Source: an uncultured Planctomycetota bacterium (lineage in GTDB: Bacteria; Planctomycetota; Planctomycetia; Isosphaerales; Isosphaeraceae). From it: a DNA stretch of 64,000 nucleotides. The stretch spans positions 384,001-448,000 of the forward strand of contig CAWGMQ010000008.1 in the NCBI GenBank assembly GCA_963823665.1, read 5' to 3'. Shown in pieces: positions 54,359-64,000 of the stretch (the first letter of the stretch is position 1; the number at the start of each line of letters is the position of its first letter). Both the position numbers and the translations under genes were made by a program. Under the pieces are notes generated by a model that had not been told where the DNA came from, searched no databases, and saw only the letters and a list, made by a program, of their open reading frames with translations.

Positions 54359-54571
54359 AGCGACTCCGCGCGTCGGGAGCGGGGCGGCACGTTCGACCAG
54401 TTCCGGCGCACGAACGCGTCGGCGGCGGGCCGTGCCGGTTCTCAACGACTATCAAGGAGAATGCTCGACTGGCGCGTTTTCTTTCAATACATGTGAAACA
54501 TTAAATGCAATAAGCTGCGGATGCGATTCGGAGAGAATTCCTGTCGGAACGAGACGAGGCAAAGTGTTAAG

Positions 54572-55090
54572 ATGAAAAAGGCCACGGAGTGGACGGTCCT
54601 CTTTCATCTTGAGTTCGACGGGTGGTTGTCTGGCCAGGAAGAGGATCTTCAGATGATAATCAATGCTGACGACCGTTTCGCGGAGCTCTCGAAAGAGCGG
54701 CAAGAGGCGATTCTGGCGCGTACCGAAGCGATCATCAAGGAGATGACGCTTGCAGAACTGCGGAAGGCTTGCCAGCAATCTCAGGCCACGATAGCCAAGG
54801 AACTTGGCATCAAGCAAGCCGCCGTTTCGAGAGCCGAGCGGCGAGCAGACATGCGCGTAAGCACGCTACGAGACATCGTCGAGGCGCTGGGCGGGACACT
54901 GAAGATCATCGCCCAATTTCCAGGCCGCCACGATGTGTCCGTGAATCTGGCTGACGTGTTGAGCGAGAAAAAAGTGCCACGCAAGCACGGGGATTCGTCC
55001 ACCCTGGACCTCGTGGGTAGCGGCGCAGGCAAGAAAGCGGGCAATCGCGTACGCAAACCGACGCGGAAAGCACAGAGGCGGTCGCCGTGA
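54572..55090 (+). CDS. XRE/HTH antitoxin (HigA-like) with in-frame N-terminal RelE-like toxin remnant
   Basis: EMTLAELRK..SQATIAKELGIKQAAVSRAERRADMRVSTLR..EALGG from 54653; preceded by WTVLFHLEFDGWL. Confidence 0.75.
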   Translation: MKKATEWTVLFHLEFDGWLSGQEEDLQMIINADDRFAELSKERQEAILARTEAIIKEMTLAELRKACQQSQATIAKELGIKQAAVSRAERRADMRVSTLRDIVEALGGTLKIIAQFPGRHDVSVNLADVLSEKKVPRKHGDSSTLDLVGSGAGKKAGNRVRKPTRKAQRRSP

Positions 55091-55159
55091 TGACCCAGTG
55101 ATTCTGGGTCGCGAGCAGAACGCACCACGATCGATTGGGTTGAATTGATGGCGACCGCA

Positions 55160-56971
55160 TCACCGATAGGCGGAGGCCTGGATTCCGTAGAGCTCCGCGT
55201 ACTTCTTGCCGCTCGAGACGAGCTCCTCGTGGCTACCCACCTCGACAACGCGAGCGCCGTCGAGAACGAGGATCAGGTCTGCCATTCGCACGGTGCTAAA
55301 ACGGTGGGAGACCAGGATTGTGATCCGGCCGTCTTCGTTTGCTGTGTCGCCGTTGGATTTGCCGCCGCGCGTGGCGGCGGCGAAGCGTTCGAAGAGGGCG
55401 TGCTCGGTTTCGGCGTCGAGCGCGGCGGTGGGCTCGTCGAGGACGAGAAGAAGGGGGCGGTCGCGCATGAAGCCGCGCGCCAGGGCGAGTTTTTGCCACT
55501 GGCCGAAGCTGACTTCCGCACCCTCGGGCCATGTTGGGCCGAGCTGCGTGTCGAGGCCGGAGGCCAGGCGGGCGACCACATCGTCGGCACCCGCGCGCTC
55601 GACTGCGGATTGCACAGCAGGGGCATCATCGATCCGGGGGAGATCTCCCAAACCGACGGTTTGACGCGCTCGGAACTCGAAACGGAAGAAATCCTGAAAT
55701 GCGCCGGCGAGCCTCGATCGCCAGGCTTCGATCGGCATTCGCGCGAGGTCTCGACCATCCACGAGGATGCGACCTTCTGTCGGGAGGTAGAGCCGGCAAA
55801 GGAGCTTCACCAGGGTTGTCTTGCCGGCGCCGTTCTCGCCCACAATCGCCACAACCGCCCCCGGCTTCAGCTCGAGGCATACATCCTCGAGCACACGCTT
55901 TTCGGTTCCCGGATACGTGAACGACACGTGGTCGAATCGTATTCCAGTCGAGAGCCGGTCAGGGACGGACACGTCTGCATGCTCTGATTGTGCGGCGGCG
56001 TAGTCTTCGAGCCAGGCCAGGCGGATGGAGCCATCGAGCCAGATGCCGCGCAGAAAGCCGATCTCGCCGACCGTCGCGCCGATATAGGCCGAGAGGCGTG
56101 AGCCGGCGGCGAGCACGAGGAGAATCTGCCCGGGCGAGGCGGCGACTCGCACGGCGACGAACGCGACGGCCGAGACGAAGCCGGCGCCGAAGATTGCCCA
56201 CGCGAGCGTGTTCCAGATGGCCGTATCGCGGCGGGCCTGGGCCACCGGGCCGTACCAGCGATCCCACGCCGCGCGCCGGCCGGTGATCAGACGATCGCCG
56301 ATACGGGTCACTCGCACCTCCTTGCCCGGCGCGGCGGTCGTGGCCGTGACGAACAGGTGACGCGCCAGACGAGCGAACGGCGCCCCGCGTTCTTCGGCGG
56401 CGCGCTCGACCCCCGGCCGCCACGTGGAGGCGAGTACTGTCGGCAATGCACAGACTGCCAGGAGCGCCAGCGCCGGGTGAACAGACATGAGCAACGCCAG
56501 CGTGACCCCGAGCCTCAAGATCCAACCACACGTCGAGAAGAGCGACATGTACATGTGGTCGAGGACGAATACCTGGTTGCGAAGCACCGCGAGCCGGTTC
56601 AAATATTCCGGGCGCTCGTGGTGCTCTATTGTCGCAACGGACGCTTGAAGCTGGGCCACGTGCGACTCGAGGGCGATCGTCAGGCGGTCACGAAATCGGC
56701 GCTGGGTGCGATCGCTGACGACGCGCAAGAACCAGGTCAGGGTCGCGGATGCTCCCAGGCCGAGCGCGGCGGCCACCGCCAGGCCGCGGTTGTGAGCCAG
56801 AGCCGCGTCGGCGAGGAATTTGAGCCAGAGGGCGAGGAGGGCGTCGGGCAAGGCCGAGAGCAGTGAGAATGAGAAGGCCACCACAAGAAGCTTGGGCTCG
56901 GCTTCATAGGCACGTTTCAACGCTCGCCACATCGAGGGGAGGGCGGGGGGCAGGCCGTCACGAGAGGACAT
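55160..56971 (-). CDS. ABC transporter ATP-binding/permease subunit
   Basis: TMD plus GENGAGKT, degenerate signature VSFGQ, LDEPT, SHR. Confidence 0.92.
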   Translation of the reverse strand: MSSRDGLPPALPSMWRALKRAYEAEPKLLVVAFSFSLLSALPDALLALWLKFLADAALAHNRGLAVAAALGLGASATLTWFLRVVSDRTQRRFRDRLTIALESHVAQLQASVATIEHHERPEYLNRLAVLRNQVFVLDHMYMSLFSTCGWILRLGVTLALLMSVHPALALLAVCALPTVLASTWRPGVERAAEERGAPFARLARHLFVTATTAAPGKEVRVTRIGDRLITGRRAAWDRWYGPVAQARRDTAIWNTLAWAIFGAGFVSAVAFVAVRVAASPGQILLVLAAGSRLSAYIGATVGEIGFLRGIWLDGSIRLAWLEDYAAAQSEHADVSVPDRLSTGIRFDHVSFTYPGTEKRVLEDVCLELKPGAVVAIVGENGAGKTTLVKLLCRLYLPTEGRILVDGRDLARMPIEAWRSRLAGAFQDFFRFEFRARQTVGLGDLPRIDDAPAVQSAVERAGADDVVARLASGLDTQLGPTWPEGAEVSFGQWQKLALARGFMRDRPLLLVLDEPTAALDAETEHALFERFAAATRGGKSNGDTANEDGRITILVSHRFSTVRMADLILVLDGARVVEVGSHEELVSSGKKYAELYGIQASAYR

Positions 56972-58766
56972 CGTAGGTCACCCCTTCCTCTTCTTCGCCG
57001 CTTTCGGCACCGAAACGCTGCGCCTGGAGGTCGAACATCGTGCGGTACCGGCCGCCGGCGGCCATGAGCTCGTCGTGGGTGCCGAGCTCGACGGCACGGC
57101 CGCCTTCGAGCACGCATATGCGGTCGGCGTGGCGCACGGTGGAGAACCGGTGGGAGATGAGGATCGTGGTCGTGTGCCGGGTGGCGGCCAGGATGCGGTC
57201 AAAGATTTCCGCCTCGCCGCGCACGTCGAGCTGCGCGGTGGGCTCATCGAGGAGCACCAATCCCGCGCCTTGAAGCACCGCACAGAGCGCTCGCGCGAGT
57301 GCGACGCGCTGCCACTGGCCGCCGGATAGCTCGGTGCTGCCTTCATAGCCGCGGGCGAGGATTGTATCGAGCGAAGCAAGATTGGCGGCGCCGGAGTCGG
57401 CGAGCGCGGCGCGGATGACGTCGTCAGGGGCACCGGCGGGGGCCACGTTGTCGCGGAGTGGGAGCTCGAAGCGAATGAAATCCTGGAAGACCGCGGTGAC
57501 CTGGCTGCGCCACGAATCGACGTCGAGGTCGCGTAGGTTGATGCCGTCGATCTCGATCGCACCGGACTGCGGGTCATACAGGCGGCAAAGGAGCTTTGCG
57601 AGCGTGGTCTTGCCGGCGCCGTTCTGGCCGACGATGGCGAGGGATGTGCCGGCGGGGATTGTGAGATCCAGGCCTTCGAGCACGTTCTCGGTGGAGTTCG
57701 GGTAGGCAAACGTGAGGTTGCGGCAGTGCACATCGCGGGCGGGAAGGCCAGAAGCCGAGCGTGAACCGGGCGAGAGCTGACCGGCGGGGGCCATGGCTTC
57801 CTCGAGCCGGAGGGTGGCGGCAACGGGTGCGGAGGCGCGATCGAGGGCCCACGACAGGCCGCCGAAGGCGATCATGCTGGTGGTGATGGCGGCCGTAGCG
57901 TATGTCGCCACGCGGTCGAGCGCGAGGGTGCCGTTTGTTGCGGCGATTGCGAGCGCACCGAGCACAAGCGAGTTCGCGGCGAGGACCAGGACGAGGCTCC
58001 AGGCGACGGGCCGCTCGCGCAGGCGGGTGGCTTTCCACTGAAGCTCGAACAGCCGGCGACGGTTGGCCCGAAACCTGTCGACCGTCCAGGCCGCCAGGCC
58101 GAAGAGGCGCAGCTCCTTGGCGGCGGGCGCATCGACGGCGAGGCGATACGCGTAGTCGGCGTGCCGCTGGGCTCCGCGCACTTCGTCGGTATTGCGGTCG
58201 CGCCAGACGGCGCTTTCCTTGAGCAGCCAGTGGGTCGCGAGCCAGGCGCCGGCCAGGACGAGCGGCGCCCACCAGGTGAAGCCCGCGAGGATCGCAGCGG
58301 AGGTTAATCCGGCGATCATCTCCACCAAGCCGGACGCGATAAAATCCATCGAGATCCAGATCGGCGGGCCGGTGATGCCCATATCGAAATCGCGCGCCAT
58401 CGAGAAGTCGCTGGTGAGCTTGGGATCTTCAAGGTGCCCCATGGCAGGCGGGCGGACACACGCGAGGGTGAGCCGGTCGTAGAGCCAGGAGGCGGTCCGG
58501 CTGCCGAGATTGGCGCCGATCGCGCGATGGATCGGCGCAAGGACCTGGAGCGGGATGAACACTGCGCCGACGAGGACCAAGGGCAGAGTCAGACTCTCAT
58601 TCCGCTCAACGGCGCCCACGAGCAGGCCGATCGCGATCGCAAAGACCGCCGGCAGCAGGCCGCGAAGTGCGAGGACGGTCCACCAGGCGGTCGCGAGCGG
58701 GCCGTCTGCCTTGGGCAGAACCGAAAAGAACTTGATCTGGTCTTTCGAGAGTAAACGCTCAAGCAT
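56958..58766 (-). CDS. ABC transporter ATP-binding/permease subunit
   Basis: TMD plus GQNGAGKT, LSGGQ, LDEPT, SHR; overlaps partner gene. Confidence 0.92.
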   Translation of the reverse strand: MLERLLSKDQIKFFSVLPKADGPLATAWWTVLALRGLLPAVFAIAIGLLVGAVERNESLTLPLVLVGAVFIPLQVLAPIHRAIGANLGSRTASWLYDRLTLACVRPPAMGHLEDPKLTSDFSMARDFDMGITGPPIWISMDFIASGLVEMIAGLTSAAILAGFTWWAPLVLAGAWLATHWLLKESAVWRDRNTDEVRGAQRHADYAYRLAVDAPAAKELRLFGLAAWTVDRFRANRRRLFELQWKATRLRERPVAWSLVLVLAANSLVLGALAIAATNGTLALDRVATYATAAITTSMIAFGGLSWALDRASAPVAATLRLEEAMAPAGQLSPGSRSASGLPARDVHCRNLTFAYPNSTENVLEGLDLTIPAGTSLAIVGQNGAGKTTLAKLLCRLYDPQSGAIEIDGINLRDLDVDSWRSQVTAVFQDFIRFELPLRDNVAPAGAPDDVIRAALADSGAANLASLDTILARGYEGSTELSGGQWQRVALARALCAVLQGAGLVLLDEPTAQLDVRGEAEIFDRILAATRHTTTILISHRFSTVRHADRICVLEGGRAVELGTHDELMAAGGRYRTMFDLQAQRFGAESGEEEEGVTYDVLS

Positions 58767-58784
58767 GGGCGAACTTTCCTCTTT

Positions 58785-59462
58785 TCAAGTGAGCGAATTT
58801 GCCCAATCACTGACGACGCGGGCCATCTCGACGAAGACATCTTCGCTGCTCGAGCGAGATCGCTTCAGCGTGTGAAAACCGTGGTCGGCGGTGTCGAGGA
58901 GGTGCAGCGTCGCGCGCTTGCCGAGCTTCTTGCAGACGGGCTCGAGAAGGTCGAGATGGGCCAGATCGTCGCGTGTACCGCTCAAGAACAGCATGGGGAC
59001 CGTGACCTCGGGAAGATGCTCGGCCCGTTTTGTGTCCGGCTTCCCCGGTTGGTGAAGCGGAAACGAGAAGAAGACCAGGCCCTGGACGCCGGGCAGGGGA
59101 GACTGCGAGGCTGCCGTCGACGTCATGCGGCCGCTGAAGGAATGGCCGCCGGCAAGAAGGGGAAGACCTCGGGCGGCGCGCGCGGCAGCCGCGACGGCAG
59201 AACGGATCGTTGTGGTGCAAACTTCCTGGGAATCTCGGCCCTTGCCGTGTTCCGTGTACGGGAAGTTATAGCGCACGGTTGCGATGGCCTTCTCGGCCAG
59301 GCTGTCTGCGATCGATTGGAGCGTGGCGTGGCGCATGTGCGTGCTCGCGCCGTGGCCGAGCACGAGAAGGTGGGTGGCGTTTTTGGGGCGGAGCAAGAGT
59401 GCGGAGACTTCGCCTTTTTCCGGGGTGGCGGGGAATTTCAGCTCTTGCGCACTATGGGGCAT
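58785..59462 (-). CDS. Alpha/beta hydrolase (KANL3/Tex30-like)
   Basis: HGA, GHSFSGR nucleophile elbow, FPLH, GTRD, ADHGF. Confidence 0.82.
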   Translation of the reverse strand: MPHSAQELKFPATPEKGEVSALLLRPKNATHLLVLGHGASTHMRHATLQSIADSLAEKAIATVRYNFPYTEHGKGRDSQEVCTTTIRSAVAAAARAARGLPLLAGGHSFSGRMTSTAASQSPLPGVQGLVFFSFPLHQPGKPDTKRAEHLPEVTVPMLFLSGTRDDLAHLDLLEPVCKKLGKRATLHLLDTADHGFHTLKRSRSSSEDVFVEMARVVSDWANSLT

Positions 59463-59566
59463 GACAAGGTTCCGTATCTGGCCGTTTGAACAGTATAATG
59501 AGAATAACCGTGGAGTTGCGTGAAGGCAAGCCTGTAGGGACGAAGTGGCGGAAGAGCGCATTGGGG

Positions 59567-59723
59567 CCAAGGGCTGAAGCAAGCGCCAAGGGCTGAAGCC
59601 CGTGGCTATTGACCTGTGCCCCGTTGGGGCACGATGCGGGTCGGTGCGGGTGGCGGACACCGCACGATGTTGGTTTAATCGGTCGCTCGGGCTGGCGGGC
59701 GGCACACGGAGTGTGCCTGCTAC
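59567..59723. repeat. Cluster of REP-like elements
   Basis: ccaagggctgaagc direct repeat, gtgcccc-gtt-ggggcac hairpin, ggcacacggagtgtgcctgctac at 59701-59723. Confidence 0.65.
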
Positions 59724-59759
59724 AGCGCTGGCTGTGGACAGGCTCTCCGGATGCGTTTG

Positions 59760-61017
59760 ATGTCGGCTGCACGTGATCGGGATGATGTGGGCGATGATTC
59801 TGCCTCGCTTTTATCACGGCGGCCGTACGTGATGTTTCTGGCCGGGCGGTTGTGTGCCAATCTGGCGACGAATTCTCAGTCGGTTGTCATTGCGTGGGAG
59901 GTGTATGCGATTGCTCGCCAGACCATGTCGCTCGCGGAGGCCTCGTTCACAGTCGGGATGATCGGGCTGGTGCAGTTTCTACCGCTCTTTGCGCTCACGC
60001 TCATCGCCGGTGAGACGGCTGACCGGCACGACCGGCGGAATATCCTCGCGATCTGCTACTTGAGCAACCTATTGATTTCGACGGCTTTTGCGTGGCGGTC
60101 GGTGCCCGGGGGCGGGCTGTGGCCGATTTTTGCGCTCGCCGGTTTGTTCGGGTGCTCGCGGGCGTTTTTCATGCCTACCGCCAGCGCGCTCGGGCCGATG
60201 CTGGTTCCGCTGCATCTGCTTCCACGCGCTATCGCGACCAACTCGCTGGTGGCGCAGCTCGGCCAGATTCTGGGGCCGGCGCTGGGCGGGTTGCTGTGCG
60301 CCTGGTCGCCGACCGTGGGCTACGTGGTCAGTGCGCTACTCTATGCGGGGGCCGCGGTGTGTGCGTTTTCGATCCGCGCGGACACGCGGCCGAGGGTGGA
60401 GGCGGGGCGGTCGCGAGTCGCACAGATCAGGGAGGGGCTTGTGTACCTGTGGGGGAACAAGCTGGTGCTCGGGGCCATCTCGCTGGACCTTTTTGCGGTG
60501 CTGCTGGGTGGAGCAACGGGATTGCTGCCGGTGTTTGCGCGCGACGTGCTCGAGGTCGGCCCGCACGGGTTCGGCATTCTGCGCGTCGCCGGCCGTCGGA
60601 GCGCTTCTGGTGGCGGCGTATCTGGCGCGGCGGCCGATCCGCTTCCGAGTGGGCGTGAAGATGTTCCTGGCAGTTGGGCTCTTCGGGTTGATGACGGTGG
60701 TGTTTGCGTACTCGCGCTCTTTACCTCTGTCGATATTCGCTCTGGCCGTGCTGGGAGGGGCCGACATGGTGTCGGTCTTCACGCGGCAGAGCCTGGTGCA
60801 AATCGCGACGCCGGATGCGATGCGGGGGCGCGTGTCGGCGGTTGCGACGTTGTTCATCGGGGCATCGAACGAGCTGGGGGAGTTCGAGAGCGGGTCGGTG
60901 GCGAGGCTACTGGGGCCGGTGGGGTCGGTGGCGTTCGGCGGGGCCGGGGCAATGGTTGTGACGGCGGTCTGGGCCTGGCTGTTCCCATCGCTGCGAAAGG
61001 CGGATCGTTTGGTGTGA
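59760..61017 (+). CDS. MFS transporter (MFS_3/EntS-like); frameshift near 60585
   Basis: GETADRHDRR, LGPALGG, ISLDLFAVLLGG, TPDAMRGRV, SNELGEFESG. Confidence 0.85.
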
Positions 61018-61116
61018 GAGCGGGCGGACGATTAAAATCAGGTGAAAGGGGGGCTTGACGGACGAGCAGATGTTGTTCACAGTATCAAAAGCGACTTTTC
61101 TTGCTCTGCCGACGAT

Positions 61117-61476
61117 ATGCCGATGTCTCGAATCGTTCGACATTTCCTGTTCGCATCGGTCATCGCTTGCCACGCGATTGTGACGCTGTGCGGTCCGTGT
61201 TTGCACGCGTTGCCTGGCTCATCTCACGCACTGGGCGCTGCCTCGAAGTCGCGGCGCGGCGATGATTTCTCTCCATCGCGGAGCGACTCGGCGGATAACT
61301 GCGTCGTCTGCCAGTTTGTCGCGCAAGGGCAGTTGCCGGTTGAATTCACGCATGGGCCGTCGATCCTTCAGGTCACCGAGCTGGTGACGCCGGCCCTGCC
61401 GTTCACGGCGATTTCGCCGCCTCATCTCCCCTCCAACCCCCGCGCACCGCCTTTCGCGGCGGCAGGCTGCGCCTGA
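61117..61476 (+). CDS. DUF2946/CruR-like small exported protein with CxxC motifs and C-terminal RAPP
   Basis: Hydrophobic N-terminus, CGPCLH, NCVVCQ, Pro-rich PSNPRAPP near the stop. Confidence 0.7.
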   Translation: MPMSRIVRHFLFASVIACHAIVTLCGPCLHALPGSSHALGAASKSRRGDDFSPSRSDSADNCVVCQFVAQGQLPVEFTHGPSILQVTELVTPALPFTAISPPHLPSNPRAPPFAAAGCA

Positions 61477-61604
61477 CGTACGCGCCGGTTGTGCTTCTCA
61501 GTCCATCGTGCGCGAATGCGGCGGGCGTACGGTCTCGCGGACGAGCCCGGTTTGCTCGAGGGACGTTGGCCAAGCCAGTTCCACTCGTGCATCAGCGGAC
61601 GGGC

Positions 61605-61627
61605 GGCACACGGAGTGTGCCTGCTAC
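61605..61627 (-). repeat. GTAG-type REP (GTAGCAGGCACACTCCGTGTGCC)
   Basis: Identical to 59701-59723. Confidence 0.8.
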
Positions 61628-61808
61628 ATAGTATCGCGGCAAATGCAAAGCCTGTGTGAAACGCGCCGAGCACTGGCACGGCCGGTGCCAGTCGAACAAT
61701 CTCATCCGTCTAGCGCGCCATTTCGAGGTGCAGCACCGCGTTGATCGAACGGCGAAGCCACTCGAATCTCATTCTGATTCATCCATTCATTGTTGACGGG
61801 GGACTTCC

Positions 61809-62862
61809 ATGCGACTCAATCAGTCGAAGCGACCGATCGCGGGATTCACGTTGATCGAGCTTCTCGTCGTCATCGCCATCATTGCGGTGTTGATAGCGCT
61901 TTTGCTGCCGGCGGTGCAGGCGGCCCGCGAGGCGGCCCGACGCTCGGGGTGCGTCAACAACCTGAAGCAGATCGGTCTGGCGCTGCACAATTATGAGCAG
62001 GCCAATGGCGTGTTCCCGCCGGGTTACATCAGCTCGATCCTGATGAGCGTGACGGACGCGTGCAACCAGGATGTAGAAATGGGTCAGAGCGTCGACCTCG
62101 GCTCGGGCTGGGCGTGGGGGAGCATGATCCTGCCGTACCTCGAGCAACAGCCCTTGTACAACTCGATCAACTTCAACCTATCGGTGGCGTATCATCAGAA
62201 CGACACGTGCAGCTTGACCGTGCTCAATGTCTACCTCTGCCCTTCCGACGACGGTCCTTCGGTCGTGCCGGTTTTTGAAGATCCGCCGGACCCGGCCAAC
62301 CCGGGAAGCTACAGCGGGACCCACATCGTCGACACGCTGTCGCGCGGCAATTATGTGGGGATGTACGGGCTGGGCGAGATCTGCTCTCAATCGAACGCGC
62401 TTGATGCTGCGAACAATAACGGGCTGGGCCCACTCGGCACGCACGCCGGGATGTTTTATCGCAACAGCGCGACGCGGGTTGCGGCGGTCACGGACGGGCT
62501 CAGCAACACGACGATGGTGGGGGAACGCAGCCACAACTTGAGCTACGTCACGTGGGTCGCGCGCTCGATCGGCGGCTGGCTGGGGAAGACATCGCTGGTG
62601 GAGGGAGGAACCGACCAGTTCAACCCGTCGCCGGAGGAGTGCTGGACGCAGATCATGGGTCCCGTTGGCCTGGAAGACGGTCTGCGAACGATCAACAACC
62701 CCGAGGCGCACGTCGAGGACTACTGGAGCCGTCATCCCGGTGGTGCGAATTTCATCTTCGGCGACGGCTCGGTGCATTTTCTCAAGGCAACCATCAATCC
62801 AGTGCCGTGGCGCGCTGGCGACCCGGAATTACTCGGAAGTGATCTCCGCCGATTCGTACTGA
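61809..62862 (+). CDS. DUF1559 prepilin-type N-terminal cleavage/methylation protein (frameshift in last codons)
   Basis: [67 protein letters not shown]. Confidence 0.93.
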
Positions 62863-62890
62863 TCTGACGGGTCAACACGGAGGACAGGGC

Positions 62891-64000
62891 CTACTGGAAG
62901 TCGAGGGTATTTAGATCGTCGTTAATCGTGGCGACGATCACTGATTTGCGGGTGCTCTGCACGACAATCTGGTAGGCCGCGCCCAAGGCCGGGTCGAGGG
63001 AGAGCTCGCCCACGAACTGACCTTCGGGCGTAAACTCGATCAGCTCGCTCGGTTGGTTGGCATCGACGTTCACCGCGTCGTCGTTGGTCGTGAGCAAATC
63101 GCCGTTGGGTGCCAGCGCCAGGCCGATCGGCCCGCGGAGGTGCGCCTGATCCTGGTAGACCAGGGTACCCGTGCCGTTATCCGAATGCGTCTTGCTCGCG
63201 TGCTTGACGGCGAAAATCTCGTTGTTGGCCGTCGCGGCGACGTAGAGAGTATCGTTCTTCGAGTCGTAGGCCAACCCGCCCGGGCCGACGATCGTCAGGG
63301 CCGTGCTCGGCTCGGGGACAGACTCGACCGAGATCGCGCCGAAGAGGCCGTCCGTATTACTTGCTAGCCCCGCGGTGAAAAAGAGAGTGTTTGGCGAACC
63401 CGCCGCGCCGCCGTTCCCGAAGGATATCGCCCAGAGGTCGGCCGCGGCGAAAGGTTGACCTGTGCTCAGCGTCAACGTGCCTTCGAAGACCCCATTAAGG
63501 TTGTAAGCATTGATCTCGCCGGGGCCATTGTTATTGCCGACGAGCAGGTCGCCGCCGAACTGGCCCCAACTGGCAGGCGCGATGGCGAGCCCCCAGGGAG
63601 AGTCCAGATGTTGCCCCGCCGGGTCGTCGATCAGCGTCTTGATGAACGTACCGTTCGTGGTGAACTCATCCACGATGCCGCCCGAGGTCGCCTGGTTGGC
63701 AAAGGTCACGAACAACGTCTGTGTCCCGTTGACCGTGAGATTCTGGACGTTGAATGCAGCGTAGCCGGCTGGAAACTGCGAGAAATTCGGGTCGGTGAAA
63801 CTCCCGGTCAGCTTCCACTGACTGTTGAAGACGTCGATGTTGCCGCTATTCTGGTCGGCGGCGTATAACTGAGCGGCACCGGTCGAGGTGTTGCCGATCG
63901 CCAGGCCGGTGAACGAGGCACCTGGGACGGTCGCCTCGATGGTCGAGGTCGGCAGCCCGTTCCATGCCGAGATCGAGCCATCGAGATTGGCGAAAATGAA
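62891..64000 (-). CDS. TIGR03118 family protein (partial), PEP motif fused to a second propeller fragment
   Basis: Frame open to window end; PWGLAIAP..FG.F..DLLVGN, LWAISFGNG, NTLFFTAG, VPEPST then GPGGLAYD..TLYVA. Confidence 0.8.
   Translation of the reverse strand, partial: FIFANLDGSISAWNGLPTSTIEATVPGASFTGLAIGNTSTGAAQLYAADQNSGNIDVFNSQWKLTGSFTDPNFSQFPAGYAAFNVQNLTVNGTQTLFVTFANQATSGGIVDEFTTNGTFIKTLIDDPAGQHLDSPWGLAIAPASWGQFGGDLLVGNNNGPGEINAYNLNGVFEGTLTLSTGQPFAAADLWAISFGNGGAAGSPNTLFFTAGLASNTDGLFGAISVESVPEPSTALTIVGPGGLAYDSKNDTLYVAATANNEIFAVKHASKTHSDNGTGTLVYQDQAHLRGPIGLALAPNGDLLTTNDDAVNVDANQPSELIEFTPEGQFVGELSLDPALGAAYQIVVQSTRKSVIVATINDDLNTLDFQ

Noticed and set aside
55160..58766. ABC exporter as partner pump for the ECF-MFP fusions
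   Set aside because: About 47 kb away and a fused heterodimeric exporter type that usually works without an adaptor
5170..62830. Many single-base frameshifts (dksA, htrA, citrate synthase, MFS genes, glycosyltransferase, TPR genes) as programmed frameshifting or mass pseudogenisation
   Set aside because: Scattered in conserved genes with no in-frame stops or shared slippery motif; long-read consensus error is more parsimonious and polishing is needed to decide

Overview
GC-rich bacterial chromosome segment, by gene content most likely a planctomycete (Isosphaeraceae-like; inferred from DUF1559, DUF1573, membrane-anchored ECF sigma factors and kinase/TPR proteins). The left accessory block (1-16 kb) holds an in-situ tandem triplication of a gene fusing an ECF sigma factor, a TM helix and an RND/HlyD membrane-fusion domain. 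Each copy has its own conserved GGAAC-N15-GTACAT promoter, and fossil tails of the neighbouring Zn-peptidase mark the duplication junctions. After it come a TPR / Ser-Thr kinase / TPR triplet, an IS630 scar and GTAG-REP elements. The core block (16-49 kb) has a nucleoside MFS, glycosyltransferase, three STAS proteins, DksA/TraR, HtrA, trpD, rhomboid, ribH, rho (with an RD-repeat insertion), coaE, polA, citrate synthase, tRNA-Asn and glgX. The right accessory block (49-64 kb) has a desaturase pair, a truncated zf-HC2/kinase/FGE protein, disarmed toxin-antitoxin remnants, a heterodimeric ABC exporter, an MFS, a CxxC/RAPP (DUF2946/CruR-like) leader ORF upstream of a DUF1559 gene, and a chimeric TIGR03118 PEP-CTERM gene. 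Many conserved genes carry single-base frameshifts that are most likely long-read consensus errors. All family calls come from motif recognition by eye, not from database searches.
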